IMG/VR virus record: IMGVR_UViG_3300028394_000066
Coordinates: 15,214-79,213 of that record
Direction: 5' to 3' (one strand)
DNA: 64,000 bases
Source of the DNA: a virus
The notes under the pieces are model-generated. The model saw only the letters and a program-made list of their open reading frames with translations, searched no databases and was not told the origin of the DNA. Position numbers and translations under genes: made by a program. This document shows, piece after piece, positions 1 through 11,154 of the stretch. Each line of letters starts with the position of its first letter. Position 1 is the stretch's first letter.

Positions 1-20
1 AAGGAACGCGGAGATAAGTA

Positions 21-1742
21 ATGTCATTTACTGATTTCTCTCCCCCCAGCTATAGGGCCGCTTCTTCCGACCTAACAATCAGCATTTCGCCCCTTGGGCT
101 TGTAGAGCTGGCTGATGAAGAGTTTGAGGTTCACGGTCCTCGCCTAAACCGTTACTCGCTAAACTGGGCCATGTACCTTGGTCACCACTGGGGTTACCGA
201 CGTGAGCAAGGCGAAATGCAAATTGCGATTAATTACTACCGCGCCTTCATTGATTACCTCGCTAGGTTTACTTTTGGTAATGGAGTGCATTTCCGCGCTC
301 CTAGATACACGGAGGGCATTGTTCCCGACCGTCTTGCTAGAGTATGGGAAGTAGACAATGACAAACAAAGAGTTCTCTACGAAATGGCACAGCTTGGTGG
401 AATCACTGGCGACTGCTTCGTCAAAGTGGCTTATGAAGAGCCCTGGGAGGATTCGATTGGCCGAGCACATCCAGGCCGCGTCCGTATTCTTCCCCTAAAC
501 TCGGCTTTTTGTTTTCCCGAGTTTCACCCTCACGACCGTACCCGTCTGCTTCGTTTTAAACAAAAGTACCGTTTCTGGGGTACTAGCCTTGAGGGAACCC
601 GTCAGGTATTTACTTACACGGAAATCCTTACGGACGACATTATTGAGGAGTACATTAACGATGAGCTTATTGACTCGCGGCCTAATCCGCTTGGGCTTGT
701 TCCTGTTGTTCATATTCCTAACGTTCCTATTTCTGGTAGCCCGTGGGGTCTTTCCGACGCACACGACATTATCACAATTAACCGTTCGTACAACGAAATT
801 GCAACGGACATTGCAGACATCATCAACTACCACGCAGCTCCCGTCACAGTAATAGTCGGAGCTAAAGCTTCAAACCTTGAAAAAGGTGCAAAGAAGGTAT
901 GGGGTGGACTCCCCAAGGACGCCCAGGTATTCAACCTTGAAGGTGGTGGCGCTGGAATTCAGGGCGCACTGCAATACCTAGAGACTTTAAAGCGCTCTAT
1001 GCATGAACTCATGAACATTCCCGAGACAGCCCTTGGACAATCGCAGCCTGTATCGAACACCTCAGGTGTTGCACTTCAGGTGCAGTACCAGCCACTCATG
1101 AACCGTTGGGCGCAGAAGTCCGCACAGTACGGCTCTGGCATTGAAACCATCAACGAGTTGGTTCTTCTTAACCTGGCTATTAAAGAACCCGAAATGTTCC
1201 AGTGGAACCCCAATGTTGACGGTCCTCTTGAAGAAGGTCAGGCAGAGATGCTGGATGTTAATGACCCAATGACTTTTATTACTTACACGCACTTTCCTCC
1301 GCCCCTCCCCCTTGACAAAATTGTTCTTCTTAACGAACTTTCTCAAAAGATTTCTATGGGACTGGAGTCTAAGGCTGGTGCTCTCCGTGCTCTTGGAGAA
1401 GAATTCCCTCTTGAGAAGCTGAACGAAATCCGTAAGGAAAGCCAAGATGACGCTATGTCTGAGGGCGCGCTTAACCTGGTTAAGGTTCAGGTACAAAAGC
1501 AGATTATGGATATGACTGGCTTTATGGCTGGACCTGATGGAACAGCTACTCCTATTGACCCGATGATGATGGGTGACGGAGACGTAATGGGCGACGGACA
1601 GCTAGGCCCCCAGGGCTCTGACCCCGAAGCAGGCGACGTTGAGCAAGATAATTTGATGGCTGAATCGAACATTCGTAACACTTTGGTAGAGGAAGCGTTC
1701 GGAGATAATCCTCCGCCAATGCGACCAGTTGACAAAGATTAA
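21..1742 (+). CDS. Phage portal protein (SPP1 gp6-like)
   Basis: 573 aa; first gene before scaffold and capsid; portal-like motifs (GITGDCFVKV, NPLGLVPVVHIPN, GLSDAHDIITINRSYN, TSGVAL); acidic tail. Confidence 0.9.
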   Translation: MSFTDFSPPSYRAASSDLTISISPLGLVELADEEFEVHGPRLNRYSLNWAMYLGHHWGYRREQGEMQIAINYYRAFIDYLARFTFGNGVHFRAPRYTEGIVPDRLARVWEVDNDKQRVLYEMAQLGGITGDCFVKVAYEEPWEDSIGRAHPGRVRILPLNSAFCFPEFHPHDRTRLLRFKQKYRFWGTSLEGTRQVFTYTEILTDDIIEEYINDELIDSRPNPLGLVPVVHIPNVPISGSPWGLSDAHDIITINRSYNEIATDIADIINYHAAPVTVIVGAKASNLEKGAKKVWGGLPKDAQVFNLEGGGAGIQGALQYLETLKRSMHELMNIPETALGQSQPVSNTSGVALQVQYQPLMNRWAQKSAQYGSGIETINELVLLNLAIKEPEMFQWNPNVDGPLEEGQAEMLDVNDPMTFITYTHFPPPLPLDKIVLLNELSQKISMGLESKAGALRALGEEFPLEKLNEIRKESQDDAMSEGALNLVKVQVQKQIMDMTGFMAGPDGTATPIDPMMMGDGDVMGDGQLGPQGSDPEAGDVEQDNLMAESNIRNTLVEEAFGDNPPPMRPVDKD

Positions 1743-1873
1743 AGCTTAAATCCATAGAATAATGGAGTTAAGAAACAAATACTGTACATTTTGTACTTTA
1801 CTTGTTTTGAATACAGTTAAGGTCATGTGGCATTAATTCGGAAAACGACCCATAGAATGAAAAGAGAATCATA

Positions 1874-2647
1874 ATGGAAGATAACCAAGAGGTTGCAGAG
1901 ACAACCGAAGACGCATCCATGGCAGCGTTTAGTGACGCCGCTGAGGAAGTAACTTCTCAGCCCACCCCCCAGTTCAGTGCAGAAGATATTTCGAAGGCAC
2001 GAGCTCAGGAAAAGGCGAAGCTCTACCCACAGGTAGAAAAGCTTCAGGAGGAGCTCTCCGTTCTTAAGAAGGAACGAGAGGAACGCGCAGCACTTGAGGC
2101 TGAGCGTGCAGCAAAGCGACAGGAAAGAGAATCTGTTCGTCTTGCCGAAAAGAAAGCACTTGAAGAAGAAGAAATGGGCTTCAAGGAACTTCTTAAGGCA
2201 AAGGAGCAGGAGTTTCAGTCGCAGCTTGAAGCTGAGCGCACAGAGCGTGAGAAGGCATTTGCCCTTCTTGACCGCGAACGTGAGTTCCAGGAACTTCAGC
2301 AGTACCGTCAGGCTCGTATTGAGCAAGAGCGGGACAATATTATCCCTGAACTAATTGACCTTATTTCGGGAAACACGCAAGATGAAATTGAATTGAGCGT
2401 TGCAAACCTTAAAGAACGCAGCTCTCGCATTTTCGAATCCGTTGCCCAAGTGGGTCAACAGGCTAGAAAAGATATGGTAGGAACGCGAACGACGCTTCCT
2501 GCCTCTGGACCCCTCGACAATGATTCGGAACAACGTTCGTTTACACCTGAGGCCATCGCACAGATGTCTGCATCAGAGTACGCGAAGAATCGCGCCAAGC
2601 TTCTTGGCAGTGCTGGAACTAACCGTGGACAAGGGTTGTTCGGGTAA
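1874..2647 (+). CDS. Capsid scaffolding protein
   Basis: E/K/R-rich coiled coil with acidic N-terminus, between portal and capsid genes. Confidence 0.8.
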   Translation: MEDNQEVAETTEDASMAAFSDAAEEVTSQPTPQFSAEDISKARAQEKAKLYPQVEKLQEELSVLKKEREERAALEAERAAKRQERESVRLAEKKALEEEEMGFKELLKAKEQEFQSQLEAERTEREKAFALLDREREFQELQQYRQARIEQERDNIIPELIDLISGNTQDEIELSVANLKERSSRIFESVAQVGQQARKDMVGTRTTLPASGPLDNDSEQRSFTPEAIAQMSASEYAKNRAKLLGSAGTNRGQGLFG

Positions 2648-2680
2648 TCCCAACCATTAACCTCTATTAAGGAGACCACC

Positions 2681-3814
2681 ATGGCTTCAGCCATTACAGG
2701 TTCGTCGCAGCTCGCTTCTGCACCTACCGCTTATTCAGGGTCTAATAGCTCGCTCTCGCAGGCTATTCAGACTATCTGGTCGAAGGAAATCCTCTTCCAG
2801 GCAATGCCCATCCTCCGCTTTGAGCAGTTCGCTGTTAAGAAGACTGAGCTTGGAGTTTCGCCTGGTTTGCGCGTTAACTTCCTCCGTTACAAGAACTTCG
2901 CAGTGGACCCCTCGCCGCTGACCGAAGGTGTCCGTATGACCACCAACGCATTGACCGCAGAGCAGATTGCTATCACGGTTGCCGAGCACGGCTACGCCGT
3001 TGCTGTTTCGGAGCTTCTCCTCAACAGCTCGTTCGACGACATCATGGCTTCGGCTTCGCGTCTTCTTGGTCGCCACATGGCGCAGTACCTCGACCTTCAG
3101 GCTCGTAACACGCTGTCGGCTGCTACTTCGGCTTCGTTCGGTTACGACCGCACAGGCATCACAGGTGGCGCTTTCACGAACTACGACGAAGGTTCCGTTG
3201 GTACCAGCATCGGTGCGCTTGACGGAAACCACAAGCTGACCACGGGTGCCATCAAGGACTCGGCCCTTGTTCTTGCTTCAAAGAACATTCCGAGAATTGG
3301 TGAGACTTACGTACAGTTCATCCACCCGAAGCAGTCGCGTGACCTTCGTTCGAACCCCGAGTTCATCGAAGTTACGAAGTACGCTGCTCCTGGTAACTTC
3401 ATGCTCGGTGAAATTGGTCGTCTCTACGACGTCGTCTTCATCGAAACGACTCAGGTAAACAAGCTTGCTGCATCGCAGGCTGGCTACACCACTTCGACCA
3501 ACGTCGGCGCTCCTGCTACACAGGTAACCGTTCCCGTCAAGGCGAACACGGCTCCTGGTTCGGGTGGAAACCCCATTTCGGCTGACTACACTGCTGAAAA
3601 GGGTTACCTCACCTCGGCAACAGGCAACACTGCTGACGTTTACGAGTCCATCATGATTGGTGACAACGCATTCGGTCACGCAATCTCGCTCCCCGTTGAG
3701 CTCCGTGACGGTGGCGTCCTCGACTTCGGTCGTGAGCACGCTCTCGCATGGTACTCCATCTGGGGCCTCGGTATCATCACCGACCAGGCTATCAACAAGG
3801 TTTACACCAACTAA
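2681..3814 (+). CDS. Major capsid protein (N4-gp56 family, HK97 fold)
   Basis: 377 aa; strong RBS (AAGGAG); highly biased codon use; motifs YVQFIHP, GEIGRLYDVVFIET, DFGREHALAWY. Confidence 0.92.
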   Translation: MASAITGSSQLASAPTAYSGSNSSLSQAIQTIWSKEILFQAMPILRFEQFAVKKTELGVSPGLRVNFLRYKNFAVDPSPLTEGVRMTTNALTAEQIAITVAEHGYAVAVSELLLNSSFDDIMASASRLLGRHMAQYLDLQARNTLSAATSASFGYDRTGITGGAFTNYDEGSVGTSIGALDGNHKLTTGAIKDSALVLASKNIPRIGETYVQFIHPKQSRDLRSNPEFIEVTKYAAPGNFMLGEIGRLYDVVFIETTQVNKLAASQAGYTTSTNVGAPATQVTVPVKANTAPGSGGNPISADYTAEKGYLTSATGNTADVYESIMIGDNAFGHAISLPVELRDGGVLDFGREHALAWYSIWGLGIITDQAINKVYTN

Positions 3815-3831
3815 TAGCCAAACCTCGTGGA

Positions 3832-3855
3832 GGGGGGCCCCGCAAGGGGCTCCCC
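3832..3855 (+). terminator. GC-rich stem-loop after capsid gene
   Basis: GGGGGGCCCC-GCAA-GGGGCTCCCC (GNRA loop); no U-tract, so it may be an mRNA stabiliser or attenuator. Confidence 0.65.
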
Positions 3856-3891
3856 AACACAAACAAAATAACCTAACAGGAAGAAAACATC

Positions 3892-4272
3892 GTGCCAACT
3901 AAACCAACCAGTCCTCAGGACGCAACAGGTAGAGCAGCTGAAGAAGCTGCCAAGCGTAACGCTAAGGAACTTGCAGACCGCAAAGACGAGATGTCTCTCG
4001 CACGTGCCGTCGAGGAAGAGCTCTTAGAAACAGGCGTATTTGACGCCAAAACATCTGACAAGCCCGTTCTTATTGATGAGATTGAGGAAGTCGGAATTTC
4101 CGTTAATAACGAGAAGATTGTTATTCGCACAATCTCCGATATTGATGACATGACTTACGGAGTAGTAAACGGGGCACCGCAGAGCTACACGTTTAAATCT
4201 GGGGTGAAGTACTTGGTCCCTAAAGACCTCGCTCTTTACCTCCAGGGTCTCGGTTATCTTTGGATTGCCTAA
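3892..4272 (+). CDS. Head-associated hypothetical protein
   Basis: 126 aa, GTG start with RBS, directly after capsid. Confidence 0.7.
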   Translation: MPTKPTSPQDATGRAAEEAAKRNAKELADRKDEMSLARAVEEELLETGVFDAKTSDKPVLIDEIEEVGISVNNEKIVIRTISDIDDMTYGVVNGAPQSYTFKSGVKYLVPKDLALYLQGLGYLWIA

Positions 4273-4286
4273 CCCTTAACTAAACT

Positions 4287-4333
4287 GTCCGCCCTGCTGG
4301 TACCGCCCTCCTCGCCAGCAGGGTGGACTTTTT
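4287..4333 (+). terminator. Intrinsic terminator
   Basis: GTCCGCCCTGCTGG / CCAGCAGGGTGGAC stem followed by TTTTT. Confidence 0.75.
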
Positions 4334-4391
4334 GCTATGTATTTCATTCCTTTATGAGACAATATAGATACAGATAATCTTCGGAGGATTT

Positions 4392-5882
4392 ATGGCTACC
4401 CTTTCCAGCCTTACGGATAGAGTTCGCGTTGAGCTAGGCGACCTCGGTAAATCCTTTGTGACTCAGTTTGTTGCTGATGGAACAACCAATAGATTTAAGC
4501 TCCACTATTCTCCTTTAGACGGTACTGGAGTAATGGTGTTTAAGGACGGCGTTGATGTCTCTAACGCTTGTTCCGTAGAGGAATCTACTGGAGTCCTTGT
4601 TACCGACACACTTCCCGCGGATGGGGCAGAGTTTACTGTTAGCGGAAATTATTACCGCTACTTTACGCAAACTGAAATGAATACGCTCATTAATGACGCG
4701 CTTGTTCAGCACACCGCTCACGCACGGGATTCAATTGGAAGACAGATTACTCTTGATAATCTTCCCGTTATTGAAGAGTACCCTGTAGCCATCTACGCGG
4801 TCACCTTAGCGCTTTACACGCTTGCTACCGACTCCGCCTTTGATATTGACATTCAGGCCCCTGACGGGGTGACTATACCCCGCGCAGAGCGCTTCCGTCA
4901 GCTCATGGACATGGTAAACACCCGCCGTGAGCAATACCGCGAGCTGTGTACCCTTCTTGGTGTGGGTATGTACAAGATTGACGTGTTCTCTCTTCGTAGA
5001 ATTTCTTTGGCTACTGGACGATACATCCCCGTTTACAAGCCTCAAGAGGTCGATGACCGCTCGTTCCCCGAACGCGTGGACCTTCCTATTCCTGTTTACG
5101 GAGACTACGAGACTCCTTGGCCTACACAATCATCCGAGCTTACTGCGTACCAGGGTCGCGAATACTACTCAGAGATTCCCTTTACTGCTAGCCTTTACCT
5201 TTCTGCTACAGTCACTAACGTTACTGGTTCGGGAACTGCGGTCACCTACACTGCTGCAAACAACTACGCTGTTGGTCAAGCAGTAACAATCACTGGTGTA
5301 ACGCCTACTGCTTACAACTTGACAAACGCGGTTATAACTTCGGCAACAGCCACTACATTCACAGTTTCCAGTGCTGTTACTGGAACCTATGTTTCAGGTG
5401 GAATTGTCGACAAGAGTGCAGCCGTTACCCTGGCTACAGGTACTGGAGCCACGATTACTTACACCGCAAATAACAAGTTTGCTGTTGGCGACCGAGTGAC
5501 TGTTTACGGGGTTTCTCCATCCGAGTACAACCTTACTGGTGCGTATGTTACAGCAGCAACGTCTACTACCTTCAAGGTTGAAGGTGCAGCCAAAGCAGCG
5601 TTTGTTTCTGGTGGAACAGCGCTTCGTATTGGAAACGGCGTTATTGCTAGAGCCCTGCCGCAGCGTGGTGCCCCTCTGGCAGCGCAGAACTTTACTCTTA
5701 CGGTAACAGATAACTACAACGGAACCTACGTTGCTAAGATTAGCCTTACCTCCAGCCAAACACTTATTATGGCAAACCGAACTTACTGGCAGATTGCTAC
5801 TGTTGACCCTATAACAGACGTAAAGACAGAAGTTCTTGGAGGAAATTTTTTCACTGTTCGTAGAAGCCAGGCTATGGTCTAA
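4392..5882 (+). CDS. Putative head-tail adaptor/neck protein with two inserted beta-rich repeats
   Basis: N-terminal [11 protein letters not shown] adaptor-like start; two copies of TYTAxNxxAVGxxVTxxGVxPxxYNLT. Confidence 0.6.
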   Translation: MATLSSLTDRVRVELGDLGKSFVTQFVADGTTNRFKLHYSPLDGTGVMVFKDGVDVSNACSVEESTGVLVTDTLPADGAEFTVSGNYYRYFTQTEMNTLINDALVQHTAHARDSIGRQITLDNLPVIEEYPVAIYAVTLALYTLATDSAFDIDIQAPDGVTIPRAERFRQLMDMVNTRREQYRELCTLLGVGMYKIDVFSLRRISLATGRYIPVYKPQEVDDRSFPERVDLPIPVYGDYETPWPTQSSELTAYQGREYYSEIPFTASLYLSATVTNVTGSGTAVTYTAANNYAVGQAVTITGVTPTAYNLTNAVITSATATTFTVSSAVTGTYVSGGIVDKSAAVTLATGTGATITYTANNKFAVGDRVTVYGVSPSEYNLTGAYVTAATSTTFKVEGAAKAAFVSGGTALRIGNGVIARALPQRGAPLAAQNFTLTVTDNYNGTYVAKISLTSSQTLIMANRTYWQIATVDPITDVKTEVLGGNFFTVRRSQAMV

Positions 5883-8800
5883 TGCCGATTAACCCAGATG
5901 CACCTATTTATCCCGAAGCGGATACAAGCCTGCTGCAAAATGGAGCAGAGCCGATTACTACTGTACCTGCGCCTCCATATAGCAGCCCAGATTACCAAGT
6001 TCCTAATGACCAGGTTCAGCCTGAAGTAGACATTGCTCTTCTTCCTGGAGTTCCCAATCAAAGAGGTCCCGCAGGTCCCACTGGTTCTACAGGACCAACT
6101 GGACCAATTGGGGCAGCCAGTACGGTAACTGGACCAACTGGTCCCACAGGAGCGACAGGGCTAACAGGCGCTACGGGTGCTACTGGTGCTACTGGTGCTA
6201 CTGGGTTGCAGGGTGTGCAGGGCGTAACTGGTCCTACAGGCGCACAAGGAATTCAAGGTTCTCAAGGTATTCAAGGAAATATAGGACCGACAGGTGCTCA
6301 GGGACCGACAGGTGCCGCGTCTACTGTCACGGGACCGACAGGTCCTACTGGTGCCGCGTCAACAGTTACTGGTCCAACTGGACCTACTGGACTTGTTGGT
6401 GCAACTGGTCCGACAGGCGCGACGGGAGCAACTGGGGCAGCGTCGCAGGTTACGGGTCCAACTGGTGCGACAGGTGCCGCTTCAACGGTTACAGGTCCGA
6501 CTGGACCTACAGGTGCTCAGGGTATTCAAGGACCGACAGGTTCTACAGGTATTACTGGTCCGACTGGTCCGACTGGTGCCGCTTCGACTGTGACAGGTCC
6601 GACAGGTGCAACTGGCGCAACAGGAGCAGCGAGCACTATCACTGGTCCAACGGGTTCCACGGGTTTAACTGGGCCTACTGGACCCACTGGTTCTCAGGGT
6701 GTGACTGGACCTACAGGTCCTACAGGCGCACAAGGTATCCAAGGACCCACTGGCACTCAAGGACCTACTGGTGCTCAAGGAACACAGGGCATTCAAGGTG
6801 TCACAGGTCCTACTGGACCTACAGGTGCTATCGGTGCGACTGGACCAACAGGTGCTTTAGGACCGACTGGTGTCAATGGTGACAGTTTTCAATTCCGAGG
6901 TGCTTACGGTGGCGCAGGGATTATTTACAACCTCAACGATGTAGTCGCATACAACGGCTCTTCGTACATTTGTCTAAACAACAACACCAGTGGCTATCAA
7001 CCAGACTCACTAATATCTTGGGATATTTTTGTAGAAAAAGGGGCAACTGGTCCTACTGGCGCTACTGGTGGAACAGGCGCTCAAGGAGTCACGGGACCCA
7101 CTGGTCCCACTGGCGCAACAGGGGCGCAAGGACCCACTGGTTCGACAGGACCAACAGGCGCAGCAAGCACTGTCACAGGTCCCACGGGTCCAACTGGTGC
7201 AACAGGAAATGCTTCAACAGTTACAGGACCGACTGGCCCAACAGGACCTACTGGCGCAACAGGCGCAGCGAGTACAGTTACTGGTCCAACTGGTCCAACT
7301 GGTGCTCAAGGTGACGCTTCTACAGTCACTGGTCCCACTGGACCAACAGGTGCTACGGGAGCAAACAGCACTGTCACAGGTCCAACTGGACCAACAGGTC
7401 CGACTGGAGCCACAGGCGCAGCGAGCACTGTAACTGGTCCAACAGGTCCGACTGGAAATACTGGCGCTACTGGTCCAACAGGAGCAAACTTCACGGGCTA
7501 TGACTATGAAATTCACGTTAGTCAAGTAGATGGAAATGATACTACTGGTAATGGTGATTTGCTTACTCCAGTTGCTTCTATTACTAAGGCATTGACTTTA
7601 GTAGATTCACAGCGTAAAACCATTATTGTTCACCCAGGAACGTACACTGAAAGTCCATCGATAACTACCCAATACACAACCTTGACTGGCCCAGGGCTTC
7701 TTGGCGGAAACATTGTAATCTCTGGAACGGTAAGCACAAGTACTGGCTGTACTATCTCAGGCATAAAGATGACAAACCTTACTGTCACTACGCCCACTGG
7801 TACAGGAAACGTAAACATCCTCAACTGTGAAGTTTCTGGAACTTTTACAAAGAGCAGTAATGCTGACTACACCGTTCTTCGTTTGTGTGATTTTAATGCC
7901 GCAAGTATTACTGGGGCTGGATTACTGGCTATCTTTGGTGGCAATCCAAACTTTATAACCGTCAACAATGCCAGTGCAAATGTAATTGTTAAGAGTGCCG
8001 TTACCGTCTCTCCAGTCCTAACTGCTGGAACACTGAGCCTTGTAGATTCTGTAGTCGGTGCTGCTGTGACCAATGCCGTGACATCTGCTGCTTCAAGCGT
8101 CATTACCTTAGCAAACTGCCAATTACTGACCTCAGCACTAAACAATGTCGCACCAGTTGTTTTAAGCGGCTTCTACTCAATCCTCAACTGTGTATACGAT
8201 AAGCCAAACTCAACCTTAGTTGCTTCGTCTGGTACTGGTGGCACAACAAACGCCGTTGATTACTTCCAATACATCAACGCAGATAAGTTCATCACTCAAG
8301 GTGGAACTTCATCTCAGTTTGTGAAGGGTGACGGCTCTCTTGACTCCACGGGACCTGTTTCGCCAACAGGTCCAACTGGACCAACTGGCGCAACAGGTCC
8401 CACAGGAGCCACTGGCGCTGCTAGTACGGTGACGGGTCCGACTGGACCAACTGGTGCGGCGTCAACTGTAACTGGTCCAACGGGTGCGACTGGCGCAGCG
8501 AGCACGGTTACTGGACCCACAGGTCCCACAGGAGCCACTGGCGCAGCCTCGACTGTCACAGGTCCGACAGGTGCCACTGGCGCAACTGGCGCAACAGGTC
8601 CAACAGGACCAACTGGCGCAACTGGACCAACAGGGGCGGCGTCTACAGTTACGGGTCCGACGGGTGCTCAGGGCGATAAGGGTGGACTCAAATACTACTT
8701 TAACTCAGACATTTCGTGGGAGAATGACGTAAATTCAGGAAATATCAGATTTTTTGCCGATACCGCAGCAACAACTAATAGTATTGACGTCTCTCTGACT

Positions 8801-10030
8801 ACATATGACGGAGCAACAGTAACAACATACCTTTCGACGTGGGCAGACTCCACTAGTACTGTCAAGGGTCAACTCATCGTAAAAAGCAACACAAATGGTG
8901 ACAACACCTACGCTATTTTTAACATTACAGGGATAAGTCTTGTTGCTGGTGCGGGATATCGACTCGGAGTTACATATGTCTCGGGAACAGTCCCATCTAA
9001 TGCTGAACTGGTTGTTGTAGAGTTTATTCGTACAGGAGATAAGGGAAACACGGGTCCTACTGGGGCAACTGGGGCAACTGGACCAACAGGTCCCACGGGT
9101 GCGACTGGAGCAGCGTCCACAGTTACAGGTCCAACTGGACCCTCTGGAACCCTCACTCTTCAGCAAACTATTACTGCAACTGGACCTCAATCTCCTACTT
9201 TGACTGGTGCTCCTGCCCTCGTCTTTGCTGTAGTTATCGGAGCAGGTGGCGGTGGTGGTAACGGAAACAACGTCAACTACCAAGTAGGTGGCGGTGGAGG
9301 TGCTGGAGCCGTAGTCTGCGGTTGGGTCCCTAAACAATCAACGTGCTTTATTGGTACTGGTGGCTCTGGCGCAACTGGCGCGACTGCGGCTACTACTGGT
9401 GGCTCGTCTTACTACGCAGGTCTTTTTGCTCAAGGTGGTCTTCTTGGCGGTTCTGCTGGTGGAGGTGGTACGTCCAGTAACGGTGCTGGTGCGGGCGGTT
9501 CGGGAACGACCACAACCGCTGGGTCAACAACTGGTGCTGCTGGTTCCTCGCTGGGGTACTCAGTCGGGGGTGCTGGTGGTTCGGCAACTACTGCAACTTC
9601 TACAGGAACTGGGAGCGCTGGTAGCGTCGGTGTCTCTGGAGGTGGAGGTGGAGGTCGAGTAGTCATCACTACCGCAGCAAGTTCTCCGACAGGTGGCGCT
9701 GGTGGAGCAGGACAAGTCGGCGGGGGTGGCGGGTCGGCGGCGTCTAGCGTCACATCTGCTACAGGACAGGCTACTGGCGGTGCTGGCGGAGAAGGTGCTT
9801 ATGGTGCTGGAACAGCAGCGACAGCAACTACTGGAACTGCAACAGGAAAACAGTCTGGCGGGGCAGGTGGAACTGGCTATCTCGGTGCTGGGACAACAGG
9901 TACTGCTGGAACTGGCACCACCGCTCGTACAGGAGGCGCTGGAGGCTCTGGTGGGGGCGGTGGTGGAGCCGCGACTTCTGGAGGAACTGGAGGCGCTGGC
10001 GGTAACGGTGCTGTACTGATTTACTGGTAG
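5882..10030 (+). CDS. Collagen-like fibre protein with beta-helix and Gly-rich C-terminal domain
   Basis: Four G-X-Y (GPT/GAT) tracts separated by globular domains; [16 protein letters not shown] beta-helix cap; C-terminal polyglycine domain. Confidence 0.85.
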   Translation: MPINPDAPIYPEADTSLLQNGAEPITTVPAPPYSSPDYQVPNDQVQPEVDIALLPGVPNQRGPAGPTGSTGPTGPIGAASTVTGPTGPTGATGLTGATGATGATGATGLQGVQGVTGPTGAQGIQGSQGIQGNIGPTGAQGPTGAASTVTGPTGPTGAASTVTGPTGPTGLVGATGPTGATGATGAASQVTGPTGATGAASTVTGPTGPTGAQGIQGPTGSTGITGPTGPTGAASTVTGPTGATGATGAASTITGPTGSTGLTGPTGPTGSQGVTGPTGPTGAQGIQGPTGTQGPTGAQGTQGIQGVTGPTGPTGAIGATGPTGALGPTGVNGDSFQFRGAYGGAGIIYNLNDVVAYNGSSYICLNNNTSGYQPDSLISWDIFVEKGATGPTGATGGTGAQGVTGPTGPTGATGAQGPTGSTGPTGAASTVTGPTGPTGATGNASTVTGPTGPTGPTGATGAASTVTGPTGPTGAQGDASTVTGPTGPTGATGANSTVTGPTGPTGPTGATGAASTVTGPTGPTGNTGATGPTGANFTGYDYEIHVSQVDGNDTTGNGDLLTPVASITKALTLVDSQRKTIIVHPGTYTESPSITTQYTTLTGPGLLGGNIVISGTVSTSTGCTISGIKMTNLTVTTPTGTGNVNILNCEVSGTFTKSSNADYTVLRLCDFNAASITGAGLLAIFGGNPNFITVNNASANVIVKSAVTVSPVLTAGTLSLVDSVVGAAVTNAVTSAASSVITLANCQLLTSALNNVAPVVLSGFYSILNCVYDKPNSTLVASSGTGGTTNAVDYFQYINADKFITQGGTSSQFVKGDGSLDSTGPVSPTGPTGPTGATGPTGATGAASTVTGPTGPTGAASTVTGPTGATGAASTVTGPTGPTGATGAASTVTGPTGATGATGATGPTGPTGATGPTGAASTVTGPTGAQGDKGGLKYYFNSDISWENDVNSGNIRFFADTAATTNSIDVSLTTYDGATVTTYLSTWADSTSTVKGQLIVKSNTNGDNTYAIFNITGISLVAGAGYRLGVTYVSGTVPSNAELVVVEFIRTGDKGNTGPTGATGATGPTGPTGATGAASTVTGPTGPSGTLTLQQTITATGPQSPTLTGAPALVFAVVIGAGGGGGNGNNVNYQVGGGGGAGAVVCGWVPKQSTCFIGTGGSGATGATAATTGGSSYYAGLFAQGGLLGGSAGGGGTSSNGAGAGGSGTTTTAGSTTGAAGSSLGYSVGGAGGSATTATSTGTGSAGSVGVSGGGGGGRVVITTAASSPTGGAGGAGQVGGGGGSAASSVTSATGQATGGAGGEGAYGAGTAATATTGTATGKQSGGAGGTGYLGAGTTGTAGTGTTARTGGAGGSGGGGGGAATSGGTGGAGGNGAVLIYW
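6065..9145 (+). repeat. Coding tandem repeats (GPTGPT / [10 protein letters not shown] units)
   Basis: Recurrent ggtccaactgga/ggaccgacaggt-type codons with synonymous diversification. Confidence 0.85.
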
Positions 10031-10039
10031 GAGTGAACT

Positions 10040-10945
10040 ATGCCTAACCTTTCTCATATTGTTCCAAAGGGCATGTCCCTTCGCCAAACTATCTCCACTG
10101 CTGGAACGCAGTCCGTCACTCTAACTGGTGCGCCATATATTGTGTTTGCCGTTGTCGTGGGCGGGGGTGCTTCAGCGTCGCTTGGATACGTGACTGGTAC
10201 ACAAGCAACAGGGGGAGGCGGTGGTGGAGCAGTCGTTTGGGGGTTGGTTCCCGCAAGAAACACTGCAATTATTGGTGCGGGGGGTAGTGGCGGGTCGAGT
10301 GGCGTAACATCCCGCTACTCTACGCTCTTTGCTCAAGGCGGTGGAAACTATCCAGGTTCTGGAGGTCAGGGTACGCCTACTTACGCTGGAAGCGCAGGTG
10401 GAGGTTCTCCTGGTAACGGGTCGGCGCTATTTCAATCAGTTGGAGGGTCTGGTGGTGGCCCCAACATCTACGATACCGACAATGAGATATATACCTCGGT
10501 GGCTGACAATGGAGAAAATGGTACTTCTGGGGGTGGGGGTGGCGGCTCTGCCCCAGTAGATTACACGAGTACGGGCGGAAACGGAGGGAGCGGTTTAGTC
10601 GGTGGAGGCGGTGGCGGTGCTACTGTCTCCCTCCCGTATACCTTCCTTACTGGGGGAACTGGGGGAAACAGTGGCTCATACACGGGAGGTGCTCCGTATA
10701 CTCGCACTGCTACGGGTCACGCTGCAGGAGGTGGGGGTGCTGGTCTTCTCGGAAACGGACAAGATGCGTACCTAGCGTTTGACCCTAGTCAAGGCGCCTC
10801 TGGCGGATACGCTCCGTATGGCGGAAACGGAGGCGTCGGTGGCGGTGGCGGTGGGGGTACTGGTGGAGGCTATCAAGATTCTATAGGAAACTCCCTTTAT
10901 TACGGCGGTTCAGGCGGCGTCGGTTGTGTACTTATTTATTGGTAA
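10040..10945 (+). CDS. Glycine-rich fibre/adhesin protein, paralogue of the upstream C-terminal domain
   Basis: Shares QTIxxxGxQSxTLTGAPxxVFAVVxG start and GGxGxVLIYW end with the upstream protein. Confidence 0.8.
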   Translation: MPNLSHIVPKGMSLRQTISTAGTQSVTLTGAPYIVFAVVVGGGASASLGYVTGTQATGGGGGGAVVWGLVPARNTAIIGAGGSGGSSGVTSRYSTLFAQGGGNYPGSGGQGTPTYAGSAGGGSPGNGSALFQSVGGSGGGPNIYDTDNEIYTSVADNGENGTSGGGGGGSAPVDYTSTGGNGGSGLVGGGGGGATVSLPYTFLTGGTGGNSGSYTGGAPYTRTATGHAAGGGGAGLLGNGQDAYLAFDPSQGASGGYAPYGGNGGVGGGGGGGTGGGYQDSIGNSLYYGGSGGVGCVLIYW

Positions 10946-10956
10946 GGAGGAAATAA

Positions 10957-11130
10957 ATGAACGAATTTAACGCAATATGCCGAACAACGGGATGTCCTAA
11001 CTTCATTGTGCCGTCTCGCATATCGTCAGAAGGGCTAACGCCAATCAATGTAACATGTGGCTCATGTGGACAACAGATTACAGAGTTTGTGCTAATCAAC
11101 GCTGAAGCATTGGTACAGCCAGACAACTAA
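10957..11130 (+). CDS. Small Cys4 protein (57 aa), not in ORF track
   Basis: RBS AAGGAGG; MNEFNAICRTTGCPNF...VTCGSCGQQITEF... Confidence 0.75.
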   Translation: MNEFNAICRTTGCPNFIVPSRISSEGLTPINVTCGSCGQQITEFVLINAEALVQPDN

Positions 11131-11154
11131 CAATAAATCGGGAAGAATACGTAT

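Noticed and set aside
6065-9145. Repeat array that might be CRISPR or a satellite
   Set aside because: Repeats are in-frame G-X-Y codons with synonymous variation and no unique spacers
6294-10087. Many alternative-frame and antisense ORFs (PVGPV / APPAPP-rich)
   Set aside because: Shadows of the collagen and Gly-rich coding frame; no RBS support
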